From a virus, in the UHGV virus genome UHGV-1360357: DNA of 29,070 bases. One strand, written 5' to 3'. Positions 27,378 through 29,070 of this stretch are shown in pieces (positions within the stretch are counted from its first letter, which is position 1; every line of letters starts with the position of its first letter). The notes beneath the pieces are model-generated. The model had not been told where the DNA came from, did not search any database, and saw nothing but the letters and a program-made list of their open reading frames with translations. Both the position numbers and the translations under genes were made by a program.

Positions 27378-27557
27378 TTCAGGCTGAGGACTCTTTCGCG
27401 CTTTCAATCAGTGACTGCTTCAGCAATTCGAGTGTGCCAATCGCCTCGCATAAACTGATTTCACCATCGTAATCATGGATGACGCTTTCCAGCCGCTCGT
27501 ATAGCTCTTGAGTAATTGGGAATTTCTTCTCCTTACCAAGATCAACGACGCTTGTCA
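27378..27557 (-). CDS. hypothetical small protein (59 aa)
   Basis: Found by hand; ATG at 27557 (complement), AGGA-type RBS; acidic helical peptide MTSVVDLGKEKKFPITQELYERLESVIHDYDGEISLCEAIGTLELLKQSLIESAKESSA. Confidence 0.4.
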
Positions 27558-27567
27558 TAGAGGATTC

Positions 27568-27855
27568 CTATAATTTTGAATATCCAGACTCAAATACCTC
27601 AGCAGGAGAATATGATTCATATCCATCCTCATAGACAACGTAATAGCCTCCAGACATTGGTCGGTGCTTACAGATATATTCCGCGCTAACATCAAATGCT
27701 GCGTATTTCTTATCATCCGGATGAATAATTGCCCCATAACTAGAAGAGCCAGTCTTACCAGACTGATCTGGGTTTGGCTTATGTTCTATAGAGCCAATCT
27801 TCAGGGCACGAACTTTTTTGTGGCACTGGTATCTCGGCATTTCTTGTTCAGTCAT
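27568..27855 (-). CDS. hypothetical protein (95 aa)
   Basis: Track ORF; compact spacing with neighbours; unknown function. Confidence 0.5.
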   Translation of the reverse strand: MTEQEMPRYQCHKKVRALKIGSIEHKPNPDQSGKTGSSSYGAIIHPDDKKYAAFDVSAEYICKHRPMSGGYYVVYEDGYESYSPAEVFESGYSKL

Positions 27856-27858
27856 CTC

Positions 27859-28101
27859 TTACACTCCGGTGGTGAACAGGTCTAACGCTTCCTTCGATTT
27901 ACGCACCGCTTCAAATGTGCGGATCGTGATATCTGAATTAGCGCCGCCTGACTGGAAGTGAATTTTGAATAGCTCAAGCTTCAGCTCGTCAGTGCCAATG
28001 AATTGAAATGCTTCCTCTGCGGCTGCGTTCTGGTTCATGACCAGTTTGTAAATCTCTAACTGGAATTTCTGTTCTTCAGTCATGGGAATAATCTCTGCCA
28101 T
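27859..28101 (-). CDS. hypothetical protein (80 aa)
   Basis: Track ORF with ACGGAG RBS; unknown function. Confidence 0.5.
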   Translation of the reverse strand: MAEIIPMTEEQKFQLEIYKLVMNQNAAAEEAFQFIGTDELKLELFKIHFQSGGANSDITIRTFEAVRKSKEALDLFTTGV

Positions 28102-28459
28102 TGTTGGCTCCGTTTATCCGTTAAAAGGGATATCAGTTAAGTTATCCCGTGTAGGGTATAAGCCATTGTCGAGACCACTCATTGAATGGCCTCTGCAATA
28201 ACCGATGTCTTTCCATCAGTCCGCCACCACAAAGAATCTTTTTTGCCATAAGGCTGGAGGTTCATCTTTCAGTGGCTGCCAGTGTTATTTCCCCACTTAC
28301 TGGCTTGGGTTGTTTCGTGGTACTGCTGTTAATTAGTGACCAGAAATTAACTCCGGTTTCATTATCAAGCCCACCCGTAGATGGGCTTTGTAATGGATAG
28401 CCGTTGCTCAGTTCTCGTAATGCTTTGATTTTTCCGATAACGCAGTTTTGCGTTTGCCA

Positions 28460-28981
28460 TCAGCACGCGATATCGAGAGTCAACTGCAGTTGCTCGCGCC
28501 AGTACTCAACATTTGCTTCAATAACCGGCTTATCCCATCGCCAGCGAGCCATCTCTCTTGCCCCATTGCTGGCTTTTGATTTCCGGTCATCGCGAATGCG
28601 ACATGCTTGCTCATATTTCTGCTGCTCAGTCAGTTCACCGCGAAGCAGACTATCAATGTGCAGGTCGCACCATACGGAGAATTTCGGATCGCACCATCTT
28701 GCAAAGGCAACTGATAACTTTGGATGCAGCCATGTTCCGCCACCCCTGTCCTTTCGTGCCTTGCTTGTTTTTACATACCCGGAATCACGGGTATGTAGAA
28801 TTTTCGATGGTTCACCTGAATAAACCTCATCCAGAGCTCTAACGTATTCGAGAGTTTCAGCGTTGGACAACCAGTGATCCAGACGCTTCCCGAAACGTTT
28901 TGCAATATCAGTGGCATTAATCCAGCCATCAGTATTGAAGCGGATAGGTTCGCCTTTGTAATTCAGTGGAACGATATTCAT
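28460..28981 (-). CDS. KilA-N domain protein (173 aa)
   Basis: Canonical KilA-N motifs: INATDIAKRFGKRLDHWL ... GGGTWLHPKLSVAFARWCDPKFSVWCDLHI. Confidence 0.7.
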   Translation of the reverse strand: MNIVPLNYKGEPIRFNTDGWINATDIAKRFGKRLDHWLSNAETLEYVRALDEVYSGEPSKILHTRDSGYVKTSKARKDRGGGTWLHPKLSVAFARWCDPKFSVWCDLHIDSLLRGELTEQQKYEQACRIRDDRKSKASNGAREMARWRWDKPVIEANVEYWREQLQLTLDIAC

Positions 28982-29070
28982 AGCGTCTTACCTTTTAGAA
29001 AGATGAGCCTGTTCGCACAGAAAAGCCGCCCCGAGATGGTCGCCACCATATACGGCAGTTCTCAGGCTCA

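Noticed and set aside
27555-27737. 60-aa - strand ORF overlapping the 95-aa ORF in another frame, and the + strand ORFs 27057-27387 and 27664-27885
   Set aside because: They overlap better-supported genes; the hand-found 59-aa ORF at 27378-27557 fits the intergenic space instead.
28102-28459. Possible tRNA or small gene in the 358-bp gap upstream of the 80-aa ORF
   Set aside because: No cloverleaf-compatible sequence or T-loop-like motif seen and only very short ORFs without RBS; left as non-coding with a hairpin.
1-29070. CRISPR arrays, IS elements/transposases, rRNA or toxin-antitoxin pairs
   Set aside because: No regularly spaced direct repeats with unique spacers, no transposase-like ORFs or terminal inverted repeats, and no rRNA-like sequence were seen; the small RHH proteins Arc and Mnt are immI regulators by context rather than antitoxins.

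Overview
This window reads as a contiguous ~29 kb segment of a mosaic temperate enterobacterial phage: a P22-like (Lederbergvirus-type) podovirus that carries a lambda-type integration cassette. All identifications are by eye and from memory of reference proteins; no database search was run. Layout: (i) 1-7170, + strand: distal part of an early-left (PL-type) operon with many small translationally coupled ORFs, two hairpin/T-run terminators, a possible CIII-like peptide, a Rad52-family annealase - SSB - DEDDh 3'-5' exonuclease recombination module, and Ea22/DUF551/zinc-ribbon-type ORFs. (ii) 7211-8802: lambda-type cassette of cII-type PI box, xis, int, an intact attP (phage arms on both sides of the core) and the sib/tI hairpin. 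(iii) 8990-13527: tailspike (- strand) followed by an immI-like region, with arc - orf73 - KilA-N antirepressor on the - strand and, divergently, mnt coupled to a secreted protein and an outer-membrane-type lipoprotein on the + strand. (iv) 13542-27355, - strand: the P22-like virion module in reverse order (ejection proteins gp16/gp20/gp7, gp14, tail needle gp26, tail hub gp10, gp4, coat, scaffold, portal, Sf6-type large and small terminase). (v) 27378-28981, - strand: small ORFs upstream of terminase and a second KilA-N protein. No rRNA, tRNA, CRISPR array or IS element was found. The best candidates for undescribed biology are the mnt-coupled envelope-protein pair sitting where P22 has sieA, the arc - orf73 - KilA-N cassette, and the small-ORF cluster at the left end.
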